This document shows, piece by piece, positions 1 to 13,294 of a stretch of 64,000 nt of DNA. The position numbers were made by a program, and so were the translations under genes. The first letter of the stretch is position 1, and the number at the start of each line of letters is the position of its first letter. This stretch comes from Nageia nagi (lineage: Eukaryota > Plantae > Pinophyta): contig JBITNC010000001.1 of the NCBI GenBank assembly GCA_050084985.1, positions 124,496,001 to 124,560,000 on the forward strand, read 5' to 3'. Under the pieces are notes generated by a model. It worked only from the letters and a program-made list of their open reading frames with translations, ran no database searches and was not told the origin of the DNA.

Positions 1-525
1 AATTATAATTTATTAAGGAGCTACCATTCAATTTTTAAAATGCCTGAATATGAAAAGATCAAAAAAATTGCAAGATATATTATTCAAAATAACTTCTTGC
101 ACAATGAATGAAAGATCAAACATCCAATAATATGAAAGCTGTGTGAACAAACAATTAACATGCACTAAACCATAGTAAACTCTAAAACCCTCTCCCATAA
201 GGTCACATCATCATCTGAACATACTTCCAAATACATCCAAAACAACGATAAAAAAAGATCTCCACATGAAATCAAATGAGGGATATAACTTCTGGTGTTT
301 TGCAACATTTCAATATTACACATCCTAAAGATAGAAAAATTTGGTTGAATATAGCACAGGATGATATTAATGAATTACTGAGAAAACATTTTAAATAAAA
401 ACATGAACCCTGAAAAGGCCTTTAAAATTTGAGTTGACATCACACATTCATGAAGTATTAAACATTCTTAAATTAAATTGCCAACAAGCAGCCTTGATCT
501 CATGTTTGCCTATCTCATCTCACAA

Positions 526-596
526 CTAAGAAGCGTTGACCCCAGCTGCTGAGAGCAAGGTTATGAGCTCTCCATTTTGATGCAATTCCATTGTAT
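526..596 (-). CDS. GRX: Glutaredoxin coding exon 5 (last)
   Basis: Acceptor CTTAG|AT; encodes (D)TMELHQNGELITLLSAAGVNAS-TAG; spliced CDS 338+74+75+27+71 = 585 nt, open throughout (194 aa). Confidence 0.93.
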
Positions 597-904
597 CTAA
601 GCACCAACATAAAATCATAAACAGGAAATGATATATGATTTAGATAAATAATTAATATAACTCAAAAATACAAAATTGATAAAATAAAAGTGATGGTGTA
701 AAAAGCAACAAGATAGCACAAAACAGAATTGAACACGCAGAAACAGTAGTGAGATGAACAATGAAAATGCTGGAAATCTGAAACTTCAGTTCTAACCAAC
801 AAGCTATTGTGGAAAAAGATTATAAAATTAACTTTCTTGAAAGCATCATTTAGCATGTATAATGCAAACTTATCAAAGTTCAAAAACAGGAAATTAAAAC
901 TTAC

Positions 905-931
905 CACTGCAACCTCCAATATGTTTTCCAC
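905..931 (-). CDS. GRX: Glutaredoxin coding exon 4 (27-nt microexon)
   Basis: Acceptor TAATAG|GT; encodes (G)GKHIGGCS(D) with the GGC motif; donor G|GTAAG; phases consistent. Confidence 0.93.
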
Positions 932-1845
932 CTATTACAAGAAACAAGGATTAGAATCTCAATGTGTCTTGGAGTTTATTGATCAGAAACACTTTAGTAG
1001 ATATATTATTCTAAATAAAAGCAATCCCTCCATTACAAGGCAACAAGTTTCAAGATAGCTTAACATTACTATAGAACACTACATGAAATGCTCAAACAAA
1101 CAATCCTCTGCTCAGTCATAAAGAAAGAACATGCAAACATAATAGTAACTTCTTCATTGATATAAATCATAATATCTAGAGAAATAAGAGACAAATCAAG
1201 AAAACATGTGAAAGAACTCTAAAATGCACAAAATTTACATAGTGAAGTGGCATATCAAAACAACACTGATTTAAACCCACAAGAGAAGTTGCATATTTCA
1301 GCAAGAACTTAAGCCCTCTTCTGTTATTGGCTTGTCAGCAATATATTTACTCTTATCTCGGGGGTGTTCCAGAATACAGTGAGGCAGTTTCACACATACA
1401 TTTGAAAAGGAACATGTCCACATATTTGAGAAATGAAACTTCTTCACTGGAGCCCATGAAAGCTTTTCCAGAGAGCCATGGATCAGAGATTGACTTCAAT
1501 AGACAAAAAATATTCGATTAAAGAGGAACAAAATCCTCCAATAAATTTGAATATTTATTTGCTAAGTAACTATTTTAAGGACAAACAGACTAGCTCAAGC
1601 TTTGTGGGGTTTTGACCTTGCAGAATCTTCTCATACATAGAACACAAGCTTTGGGACTTTCAGTATCCCCTTACAAGGGAATAGTTTCTTCAAATCAGAT
1701 GGGAAAAAATCATGGAGCACCATGATTGTAAATAAGAGTAGCCTTTTCATTAGTGCTGGGTTGGATGCTCAGATCTTACAGAAGAATTTAGCTAATGTTC
1801 AAGTTTGATTAAACTTTCTTGATTATGAAATCATATAGTAAAAAC

Positions 1846-2059
1846 CATAGTTTATTGATTTGGATTCGGAAAACAAATCAGCTAGGGGCCAAATTTTAAT
1901 TTTTGGGAAAAATTCAGGAAAAATACGGGAAATTCAGGCAAAAGACGCCAAAAATACTATAGAAGGCAAGAACTTTTAAAATTCGGTAAAATTCGAGGGC
2001 CATGAAAATTCACGAATATTCAGCAAATTTGTAAATATTTGGAGAATTTGTATACTATA
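1846..2059. mobile_element. Probable short hAT-type MITE
   Basis: Starts CATAGTTTA, ends GTATACTAT(A); internal AATTC(A/G)G repeats; flanking GTAAAAAC / ATAAAAAC resembles a degenerate 8-bp TSD. Confidence 0.45.
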
Positions 2060-3079
2060 AAAACTCAATAAAAACTGGAACTTGTATGGAAAACTTGTAA
2101 ACATCTCAGAAATAAGAATGCTAAGAATACAGTTCCTTATGCAGGTACTTATCATTGTCAATCTCAAGATGCCTCTCCAGGAAATAACACCTCAACAGGT
2201 GAAAATCCAGTTCACAATGAGCCCTCAGTCTCAAAAATATTTAGTTCAAATATCATGCTTTCTATGCCACAACCATCTTGCTAGAAGTCTCCAAGCCCTT
2301 CAGACATTGGTTGGAGAGAGTTATAATTTGTTGAAACTGACTTCACTCTAAAAGCATATCTTTCCACTGATTTGAGATGGTAGGCTAGACTTGAACAATT
2401 CTTTTAGGGTGAACACTATACCACATAAAGATTTCAAGTTTATTCCAAACAAGAGAAGGAAGGGTACTTGGTGTTACATGATCAACTTTCAACAACAAAG
2501 GTAAAATCGTAAGAAAACCCTGTTGTAAAGGAGCTAGCATCCTCAAGAAACCCATAGGTCCAGGTCTATGGGAGATGCAACCTTGCAGCTAGCATGTACA
2601 CCAAACAACTTCAGTAGGTAAAGGATAGAGGCCATCAAAAACCTTATAAGGAGAATCGACTCCAAGGTCAGATCCATTCGTTTTCTTTTCCATCAATATC
2701 CTTCAATGTCTTATATTCCTATGGGTGCAAGAGGATCATACTTAGGTTTTAGCACCTTTAGACTTAATATAGTAATTGTAAATTATAGTACATCAATCAT
2801 GGATTCCATGCCCAAAGACATGAGGCTCTTCTGTACCACCTCCAGCTGGAATTTTTCATTACTTGTACCTATTTCCCTTACAATTCCCCTGCACATACTA
2901 GAAGTTTGTATACATGCACACCCTAGATTGTTTATTATCATAACATCCATGTCATCACATGGGTTGTGAGTCGATATGCACCTCTATGCAACTCATCCAA
3001 CTGCATTATACTATCGCCAGTGTCACAAGAGAACCAACACTAGGAGTCTAGGACACAACCAACTAGACTTTTCAAAGCC

Positions 3080-4620
3080 AGTAATTGTTTATACCGATGC
3101 TAGTGGAATAGTTATCAGCATTGTGTTGACTCGAGGGAAAAGTATGTGCAAATGAGAGTCAAAAAATGGATAGAGAAGAACAAAGATATCCGATTTTCTG
3201 TAATAAGTTATTGGTCATTTTTCATGCAATCAAATATGGAAGCACTGATTGAAGAATGATGACTCTTAAGGTAGTTACAGATCACAAACCCCTACAGTCA
3301 TTTCCACCTAATAAAGAACCTAACTCTTGGCAATATTGATGGGCAATGATTTTTGATGAATTTAAACCAAAGTATTGTATAGCTAGGGAAGGAAAATGTT
3401 GTTCCTGATGCACTTTTCAGAATAAATGCACTCTATTCAATCTCTTTAATAAAAGCCTTATTGGGTAATTAAGTAAGGGTGCAAAAAAAGGATGGATGGT
3501 GTCAATAAATAGTGCCTTTTACTGCAACAAGATAATCATCTTACTCAAATCATATTCCTCACTTTGATATGGAAAAAGTTATTTTGTGGTACAATGATGC
3601 CATTGTGATTCCAAATAAAGCTTCAATAAGGTATAAAGTGGTCCATGAAATTATGATAGTTCTTTGGCTGGTCACATAGGTTGAGACAAAACTTTGGAAG
3701 CAACATGTTGTCGTGTATATCAGATCAATATGAAAAGGGACATAACATAGTAACCAAGCACATGTTAGACATGACAAGTGAATAAAATAAAACACATCTC
3801 AACACCAGGAATGTTCATGCCTTCACCAGTTCAACATAACAAATGGGAAAGCATGTATATGGATCTTGCATGTTAACCAAGAAGGCAAGAACTCGATTAC
3901 AAAATTAACAAATCGTAGTGACCCTCTTTGTCAAACTAGAGGGTCAACCAAGTAATAGAAGTTGTGTCAAGGGCACATGCTGCTAGGCACCACTTAGGGG
4001 ACGAAAGAGTTCTACTTGTGTAAAACAATTTCCACCAATAGTAAGCAATCAGCTATAGGTATGAGTCCTTAAAGAGCAATGTATGTTATGATCCACTTAT
4101 TCTGAGAGAGATGGGTTTTCAAAATTTCAAAGGGAAGATAGAAGTCTCTTCAGAGATGACACAAAGAAAGAGGAATTGAATTTTTGTAAGAATAATGAGA
4201 GGTCACAAGCTATACAGAATTTGTATCATGATCAGCAACATCTGCACAATCATTTGATGGGGGAGACTTAGGTATATTTGAGTAAAATCAAATAGTTCTC
4301 TCCACAGATGCACAAAAATTTCCCCTAGGATATTGCAAGCCATTTCAAGTTTTTGAAAAGATAAATGATGGTGCATATATATTTAAGTTGCCTAAACACA
4401 TCAAACTGTACCAAGTTTTGCTTTTACATTTTCTTCATCGGGAACTTTCTCTTGTCTTGATAATATTTCCTACATATGTAGATGTTCAACAAGTGGGGTA
4501 GAAGGCACATGAACCAGTAAGAATAATTGATCAGGGAGCTATAAAAATCAGAAAAACAGAAATTAAAGAATATTTGATTGAGTGGTCTACTAAACCCTTG
4601 GCGGAAGCTACAAGAGGAAA
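3080..4620 (+). mobile_element. Old, heavily decayed Ty3/gypsy chromovirus pol (RNase H-integrase-chromodomain); continues at 12568-12638
   Basis: Remnant motifs YTDASG, VVTDHKPL, GKENVVPDAL, KWESMYMD, and chromodomain EPVRIIDQ...KEYLIEWSTKPLAEAT; reading resumes after the nested element, followed by PPT AGGAGGGAAAAGA and TGTTACA at 12639. Confidence 0.8.
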
Positions 4621-5401
4621 TTTAACAAACCTTTTTCTCTTTTTAACTAGGGATCATGTAAATCACACAGAAAAATATAACATACTTAACATGCAACCAT
4701 AAATCACAATTATGACAAACAATCAACTTCAGAAAGTAAAAGCTCAGATTTATTAACTTCAGCAGGATCAGAAAGAAATTACAATGAAAAGTAGCTAGGC
4801 AATGTAAACCTGACATCTAGCTGGAACTGTTCAGATGAGAGTACATGCACTGATTGGCTGGCTGTGTGAATGCATGCAGATCTGAAAACTCTTTTATCCA
4901 CCTCTACTCATTGAATCAATGCATGCAATGGCTGATCTGCTAGTATGAAGAAAAAACAGATCCTGATCTTCACTAGAGCCTTCACAAAAACCCTGATTTG
5001 CCAATGGAATCGATCACTGAATTCTCCTCAAAATATATCACTATATTCTTCTGAGCAAAAACAAACCTTGAAGGAGCAGCCTTCATAAATACAGCCCAAG
5101 GTTAAGGAGCAACCCTAACTTCCTGAATTGTTTGAGCAAGGAGCAGCCTCAATCTCTAGAATCGCAAAGACTCCAAAGTCACAAAATGCAAAATGACATC
5201 CTCCTCACACAACTTCTAAAATCCCTTTATATACCATGCCTCTTATAATTTCTTGTTGACCATAACTTGACAATGTTATGTCTCTTAGCTATGTTGGCCC
5301 CTTTTTTATTTATTATAACACACCACATTAATATAATAACTTTATTTTATAACATAAGGGACTTTATTTTATATTTTTATTTTTATTTTTGGTTCATTAC
5401 A
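4621..5401 (-). repeat. 3' LTR of the chromovirus
   Basis: Direct repeat of 11741-12567; begins TGTAATGAACC on minus strand immediately after the PPT (5402-5415). Confidence 0.95.
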
Positions 5402-8400
5402 AATCCGCCCTCCTCAAATTGCTTGTCCTCAAGCAATTGCAATGACGAATGAGTAAGAATGGCTTCTCCTTCCCAAGTGGCATCCTCAAGTGGCAATCCT
5501 CTCCATTTAATGAGATATTCTTTGATAATTCTATTCCTTAACTTCCTCTTCCTTTGTTCTAGAACACTTTCAAGTTCAAGGATCAATTTGCCCTCATCAT
5601 CCAAAGGTGGCAATTCCAAATAAGGAACCACATGCTGTCCCAAAGCCTTCTTGAGGCATGATACATGAAAAACATTGTGAATCTTCCTATTTTCTGGAAG
5701 CTCAAGCACATAAGCAACCTCACCCACTTTCTAACCAACCTTAAATGGGCCATAAAATTTTGGCTTTAATTTTTCTGAACCACTCATCTTCAAAGAGGAC
5801 TGTTTGTAAGGTTGCAACCTAACATAAACCATGTCACGAAGTTGAAATGAACGCTCAACTCTTCATTGATCAACATACCTTTTTTGTTGTTGTTGTGCTT
5901 GTTGTATGTTATCCTTCAATACCCTCAAAATGTCTTGATTATCTTCAACAAAATCCTTTGCTTTGAGCACCCTGCTATCACTCATTAGCATGTCAATCAT
6001 GTTTGGTGCATCATAACCATACAATGCCATAAATGGTGACATTCTAATAGACATGCGGTAGGAGGAATTATAACAATACTCAGCCATATATAACCATCTA
6101 ATCCAAGCATGTTGTTGAGTGGAAACATAATTGCGTAGATAACCTTCAAGCCACTTATTTACCACTTCAGTTTGACCATCCATTTGTGGATGATAGCTAG
6201 TACTAGGAGTTAAAGAAGTACCACACTATTTAAACAACTCCTACCAAAAATTACTGATAAACTTGCTATCTCTATCACTTACAATAGTGTGTGGCAACCC
6301 ATGCAATTTGAATATCTCCTTGAAGAACAAATCAGCTAATTGTATAGTGTATGAAGAAGTAATAGCAAAGAAATGAGCAAATTTTGTGAGCCTATCAAGC
6401 ACCACATAAATACAATCCTTACCAAAAACTTTAGGAAGGCCTATGATAAAATCCATAGAAATACTCTCCCATTTTTAGCTTGGAATAGGTAGGGGCTGCA
6501 AAAGACCTGTTGGTAAAGTATTTCCACTTTTGTTCTCTTGACAAATAGCACATTCCCTAACATGCTTAAGTACATCATACTTTAGCCCTTTCCAAACAAA
6601 TCTTTCTTTTACCTTTTGATATGTTTTGAAGAACCAAGGATGGCCCACACTTGGTGCTTCATGTAAAAGGCTAATAAGTTTCTCCTTTTAACTTTGAATC
6701 AGTAGTGATATATACCCTGATTTTGTAAAAAATCAGTCCATCACGCACAATGTACCTATCATCTTTCACATCCCCACTGATTAGTTTCGTTGTCCATTCA
6801 TTTTTAACATAATCGGCCATGATATTTGCCTTCCAATCAGCAGTAATAATGGACATGGAATGAAAAATAGGAGTTCTTGAAAGTGCATCAGCAGCAGAAT
6901 TCTTTTTACCTTAATAAATTCAATTTCAAAGTCATAGGATTGCAATTTTGTTACCCATTTCTTCTGTCTATCATTCAACTCTTGCTGTCCCAAGAAATAC
7001 TTAAGACTGTTATGATCACTCCTCACTATAAAATTGCCACACACCAAATATTGTTTAAATTTTGTTAAAGCATCCATGATAGCAAGCATTTCTTTGTCAT
7101 ACACACTAAAAGTACGTTCAATAGGAGTGAGTTTTCTACTTTTGTGATGACCTAAAATCACCCTAAGTAAAAATGACTACAACTATGACGCTCATACCCT
7201 CAACCAATGATGCAGTTACACCCAGGTTGGGCCCCTCGGGCACCCAAAGACACTACAATGCAGACGTGAGCCTCCTAAGGCTTCCACGCAACCCCTACAC
7301 CCTGAAATCAACCCTCTAGGGCACACACCAACACTTGGCACCTCAATGAATGTCTCACAGATGCATACACAATGCCTGAACACCTACAAATGCAATGAAG
7401 CTTCCAACACCAATATATAAGAGACACAACACATGAACAACACAATGGAGAGAGGCACAAGATGTATTTTATTATGATAGTGGATGGAATACAATGAGGA
7501 TCTCAATATCCAAATCTAGGGTTCCAAACCCTCTGCAAGCCAAACACCACAGGAAAGACTCACTCTCTCAAACTCCAAATCTTCTCCTACGAAGGAGCCT
7601 CCTCAAACCTTGGCGACCACTGAAGGTAGAAACTTGCCCTTGGAATACCACCGGATGGTCTAGGTGACCCACCTATGTCGTAGAATGCCAGGCTCCCAAC
7701 CCTATCACCCCTCTAGATGTTGTCTAAGAATAATGCTCAACACCGCCAAGACTTGAATGCCCCATCGGGTTCAGTATAGAAGAAGTATAATCAATAGCTA
7801 ATCTCATCATGGAGTTCCATCCTCAATATATAGTCTCTCCTAGATCTCACCTAGGAATCATGTGCATGCCTCTCTATTCCAATGTTACCTAGGGATAGCC
7901 GTAATCACAAGATCCAACGGCTAGATATGCAATGCCTTGGAATCATGCACTACAACTTAGACAAGCAGTCCCATTCTTATTGCTACATGCATAGAATACA
8001 CAACACAACATACTCATCTTCCAAGGAGTGGGACTTCACATTCCAAGGAGTCAATATGGGACTATTTATAGAATTCTGTGGGCGGCCACGAAGTGGAAGA
8101 CTGGTCCGGATGGCGAACTTCAAGAGACCATAACTCCTTCGTTTCTTGATGAAACCATGTCGTGTGACCTATCAAAACGTTTCCCACAAGATGCCCTATC
8201 CAAAGAACCAATCATATCAACTCACCAAGACCTGTGGCGAACTCTACCTTCTAAAAGGGGATGTTGTAGAGATTCCCACAATCGGGGATTACTCATACAC
8301 ACAACTCTACATTGGGATTCCCACAATCTGGGATTACCCATACACAACACATCACTACTCAAGGGGAGACGTCCCATTTCTAGGCTCACAGTGGGGTTCA

Positions 8401-11400
8401 CAGACCATAAGCTCCTGCTTGAGTTACACATATACAACATGAACATGAACAACACCTAGAATACAAAGAGGCCATGATACAATCGTTCATTGACTCAAAT
8501 GGGACATCACAATTTTCAAAAGCAATAGGATGCCCCTTCTGCATCAAAATACAACCTATTCTAATTCCTAATGCATCGCAATCAATAGTGAAAGGTAAAG
8601 AAAAATCAGGAATAGCAAGCAAAGGAGTAGAATACATAACCTCTTTCAATTTTTCATATGCTACGTGAGCCTCCTTGGACCAAGAAAAAGCACCTATCTT
8701 GGTTAACTCTGTAAGTGGGGCAGCCAAAGATGAAAATCCCCTAATGAACCTCTTGTAATAACTACAAAGACCAATGAATCCCCTCAATTCTGTTAAATTT
8801 GTAGGAATAGGCCATCTTTGTATAGCTGCAATTTTTTTTAGGTCTACCTTCACACCATCTCTACCAATAATGTGCCCAAGATATAAAATTTTTGTCATTG
8901 CAAACTCACACTTAGACATCTTAGCAAAAAGTTGTTGCTGTTCAAGAATCTCCAAAACTGATTCCAAGTGTTGCAAATGCTCATCCCAAGATTTACTATA
9001 CACAAGAATATCATCAAAAAAAACTAATACAAAGTGCCTCAACTCATTTTTAAAAATCTGATTCATGGTGGATTGAAAGGTAGCTGGAGCATTTGTTAAT
9101 CCAAAAGGCATAACCAAAAATTCAAAGTGCCCACAATGTGCTCTAAAAGCTGTCTTATAAACATCCTCATCTTTCATTCTAATTTGATGATATCCAGATT
9201 TTAAATCAATTTTTGAAAAGTAAGTAGCCTCACACAATTCATCTATGAGCTCATCCACCCTAGGTATAGGGTACCTATTTTTATAGTTTTTTTATTAAGA
9301 GCTCTATAATCTATGCACATTCTCATAGTACCATCTTTTTTTTTTATCAAAACAACCAGGAAAGCAAATGGACTACAACTTGACCTTATGTGACCCATTT
9401 CCAACAACTCTTTTATGGCTTTTTCAATTTCATCTTTAAATAATTTGGGATGTTTATATGGCTTGATTATTACAGGTTTGGAGTTAGGCTCTAACTCAAT
9501 AGAATGCTGAAATCCCCTACTAGGTGGCAACCCCTTAGGAAAATCTTCAAAAACTCTCTTATGCTTTTTAAGAATCAAATCAATTTGTGGATGGAGTTTA
9601 GGGACTGATTTACCTTCATTTTGAAAAATCATGGCAGCCCACACAACATCTTTCTTTCTTATCATGCGCTCCATTCTTTTAAAAGAAACCTCTAAAATTT
9701 TGCAAGTGCCCTCATCCCCATTATCTCTCAATCCATGTAACACCACCTCCTTGCCATTTACCTTAAACTTCAATTCCAATTTCTGATAATTAGTTAAATA
9801 TTCACCAAGAGTATACAACCACTGCCCACCTAAAACCATGTGAGGAATTCCACCCAAAGGAAAAACAAAGAAATCACTAGTCAACTCATAATTTTCAAAG
9901 CTGACTTTAATGTTCTTAACAAACCTACTACAAGGCACATTACCATTTCCTTAAGCAACATTAAACCCAGAAAATGGTTCAGCTTTTAACCTCTTTTTTG
10001 CAACCAGCCCTTCATCAATGAAATTATGCGTAGCCCCTCCATCAATGAGGACTATTACATCTTCTCCCATAGTAGAGCCGGGTACTTTGATGGTTTTGTA
10101 TGTAGTCAACCCATTCAAAGTAGCAAGTGTGCCTCCTTGTGTAACATCTTCCAGTGGAGTCTCATACCCTTCATTGTCACTTCCACTTTCACTATCTTTT
10201 TCTGAATTATCACTATCTGAAAAAACCGGTATTAAATGCAGTTGTCCTCTCCCTTGAAACCTATGCCCCATAGTCCAAGGAGCCTTTCAAGAAAAATTCC
10301 TTCTTAACTCATCTCTTTCATTTCCAAAAGCTTTTGCTGCTACTGATGTAGGAGAGCTAGAGGGGTTAAATGGCTGCCTTTGTGCACTTTTTTCCTTCCC
10401 AAAGGATGATGTCATGTTTAGGGACTGTTGTGACTGTTCTTGACTGTCCATATCTGTTACTCTTGTCTGAAAATGACTATTTAGCTGGCATATTATGAGC
10501 AATATATTTTTGCCTTGGTGGCAACACACTTTCCAATGTCATGGCCCTTTTAATTGAGATTTTACTAACCCTCTCAAAGGGTCCAACAAGCCATCAACGA
10601 ATAATAAAATTACTCTCCTTGGAGATATGTTTTGCACTTGCACTGAAATTTGCTCAAATGCCTCAATGTATTCATTCAAAGAAGAAGTTTGCTTTAAGGT
10701 AGCCAATTCTTTGAAGTATTCTTCTACATCTTTTTTATCAAATCTTGTTAAAACCTTTTGGCAAAATTCATCAAATGCACTTACCAATGCATGTCCTTGA
10801 GTAATGAGACCATGATGCCACCAATCATAGGCCATACAGTAGAGTAGCAAATTGGATTGCATCTTCTTCCACCATAGGGTCCAAAGTGAAGTAAGTTTGG
10901 AGTTTTTGGAGCCATGCTCTAGCTGATAACCCATCCACCCCACTGAAAGTAAAGATTTGCATTTTCTGTTAAAGTTTTTTATTATGAGGCCTCTTCTCAT
11001 GGACTTGTTTCCCAATTATCTTCAAATATTTGTCAAATGATACTACAGCACTTAAATTATCTCCTTTTTCCTGGTATTGAGCAAATAATTCATCCAAATC
11101 CCCTTACATGTTCTCCCCACTCTCTTTTTTGATGAACATTGGTTTACTAGGCTTGGGAATTGTAGTTTGTGAGTAAGAGGGACTCCACAAATCCCTTTAC
11201 TGAAATCAAACTTCCCCCTGATGCGAAGCATCTCCACGAATAGGTGATCTAGAAGATTGCCTTTGCCCCTTTTGTTGCTGCTGGACCAATTGTGTCATAA
11301 GAGTTACAAGAGTGTCTAATTTCCTCTCAAATTTATCTGCACCATCATCCCCTTGATTACAATTTCTGTGTTCTTCCATGGCTGCGTAGGCTTCCTCTTC

Positions 11401-11508
11401 CAATTGGTATTCTTCCTCTGCTAATTGATGTTCTTGCTGACCCGTCTCTTGTCTCCCTCTTCTCGGTCTCAATTCATATGTATACTTGATTTCCAGTTTT
11501 TTACTCAT
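5402..11508 (-). pseudogene. gag-pol of the chromovirus (fragmented; split by a solo LTR)
   Basis: ORF fragments at 11206-11508, 10539-11015, 9951-10271, 9243-9938, 8398-9258, 6781-7161, 6241-6456, 5863-6183 and 5383-5727 in gag-PR-RT-RH-INT-chromo order. Confidence 0.93.
7143..8511 (-). mobile_element. Solo LTR inserted in the chromovirus RNase H region
   Basis: TGTGATG...CATCACA ends; TSD ACTTT/ATTTT; removing it restores HPIAF-ESRKL; homologous to 19472-20734. Confidence 0.9.
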
Positions 11509-11727
11509 AAATCACCACTGAAACTTTTATGTGACTGCACAAAGGGTTAGATTACCCAGATCTGAACACAATATCTAACATGGACGCCCAAAACTCCAAC
11601 TATGAGAATTTACGTTCTAATCAAAACCTCCAGATATGTTTTGTATGTCAGTGCAAGTAATTGCATGGGAAAAAGCAACCTTGCATGCACCTTATTCTTG
11701 ATGATCCACAGGCTGGCAAGATCCAAA

Positions 11728-11738
11728 CTCTGATACCA
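11728..11738 (-). promoter_or_regulatory. Primer binding site (tRNA-iMet)
   Basis: TGGTATCAGAG 2 nt after the 5' LTR. Confidence 0.9.
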
Positions 11739-11740
11739 CT

Positions 11741-12567
11741 TTTAACAAACATTTGTCTCTTTTTGACTAGTGATCATGTAAATCATGCAGAATAACATAA
11801 CATACTTAACATGCAACCATAAATCACAATTATGACAACTAATAGGATAGAGATCACAGCTCAATAATCAACTTTAAAAAGTGAAAGCTCAGATTTATTA
11901 ACTTCATCAGAATTAGAAAGAAATTACAATGAAAAGTAGCTAGGCAACCCTTCTAAACCTGACGTCTAGCTGGAACTGTCTAGATGAAAGTACATGCACT
12001 GATTGGTTGGCTCTGTGAATGCATGTGGGTCTGAAAACTCTTTTATCCACCTCTACTCACTGAATCAATGTATGAAATGGCTGATCTACTAGTATGAAGA
12101 AAAAATACATCCTGATCTGCACTAGAGATGTCACAAACCCTTTGATCTACCAATGGAACCGATCACTGAATTCTCCTCAAAATATATCACTATATTCTTC
12201 TGAGCAAAAACAAACCTTGAAGGAGCAGCCTTCAAAAATACAGCCCAAGGTTAAGGAGCAACCCTTACTTCCTGAATTGTTTGAGCAAGGAGCAGCCTCA
12301 CTCTCCAGAATCACAAGGACTCCAAATTCACAAAATGCAAAATGACATCCTCCTCACACAACTTCTAAAATCCCTTTATATACCATGCCTCTTCTAATTT
12401 CTTATTGACCATAACTTAACAATGTTTTGTCTCCTAGCTACATTGGCCCCTTTTTTATTTATTATAATACACCACACTAATATAATAACTTTATTTTATA
12501 ACATAAGGGACCCTATTCTTTTTTTTTATATATTTTTATTTTTTATTTTTATTTTTGGTTCATTACA
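11741..12567 (-). repeat. 5' LTR of the chromovirus
   Basis: Direct repeat of 4621-5401 with substitutions and small indels; followed by the PBS. Confidence 0.95.
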
Positions 12568-13294
12568 GGAAACTGCTACTTCTCTTAAAGAAGTTGGTCT
12601 CCTAAATGAGGATAATGAGCATTGCAGGAGGGAAAAGATGTTACAGCCTCAATTTGTGGCATTAAAAGTCAACTTTATCTCCTTTTGACCCATCATTATT
12701 AACCGATGTATTGGGTGTCGTTAACCAAAGTTTTCAAAAGAAAAGCATGCAAAAAGTCAAAGCTTTGGGAGGTTAAAAGGGTACCCAAAATACATTATAA
12801 AGTTATAAACATAGTTGCCAAAATTAGCTTCAAACACGATAAACTCAGGAAAATTTGCTTTTTCCAAGCCAATGATAAATTGCCTATTTTCTCAAAAGGC
12901 TTGGCTATTGGAAAAAGCATGATAACCAAAAATATTGGAAAAGAGGGCAAAAAAACAAATTAGCATGCAGTTTAAAGCAACTTATTTATCATTGGAAATG
13001 TAGAATATTTTAATTTTACATTGTTTCCGTGTTTCTGTATATTTTTCAAATACTGATATCTTCCCAATAAAGTGCTCGTATATTCATGATACAATATTTT
13101 TTCAGGCATTGGTGATATAATTCTAATCACAATATTAGCAATTATGATTATAAACATGGATATATTATTATATGAAGCTAACAAACATTAAAAAAGAAAA
13201 AAAAATAATAAGTGGACTTTTTCCGTGAGGAAGTTGAAAGGACACTTAACAGGAAGAAGAATGGGAAATGCCATTTTCTTCCAAAGAAAGAAAA

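Larger units (their letters stand above)
4621..12567 (-). mobile_element. Ty3/gypsy chromovirus LTR retrotransposon, full-length but defective
   Basis: Two LTRs (4621-5401, 11741-12567), TSD GGAAA (4616-4620 / 12568-12572), tRNA-iMet PBS, PPT; gag, protease (LIDGGATHNF), RT (FFDDILVY), RNase H, integrase (DGQTEVVN), chromodomain (YLIKWRGLPLEDATWE); many stops and frameshifts. Confidence 0.97.

Noticed and set aside
662-931. ORF-track 89-aa ORF and the many other short ORFs with alternative starts
   Set aside because: Wrong-frame or antisense readings of exons, TEs and AT-rich intron; the real coding piece here is the 27-nt exon 905-931.
2650-2960. Possible hAT transposase C-terminal remnant on the minus strand
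   Set aside because: Only faint CERNW-like and YDP-like traces in different frames; not supportable without a search.
12725-12922. Another small hAT-like MITE
   Set aside because: Termini are only weakly inverted and no convincing TSD was found.
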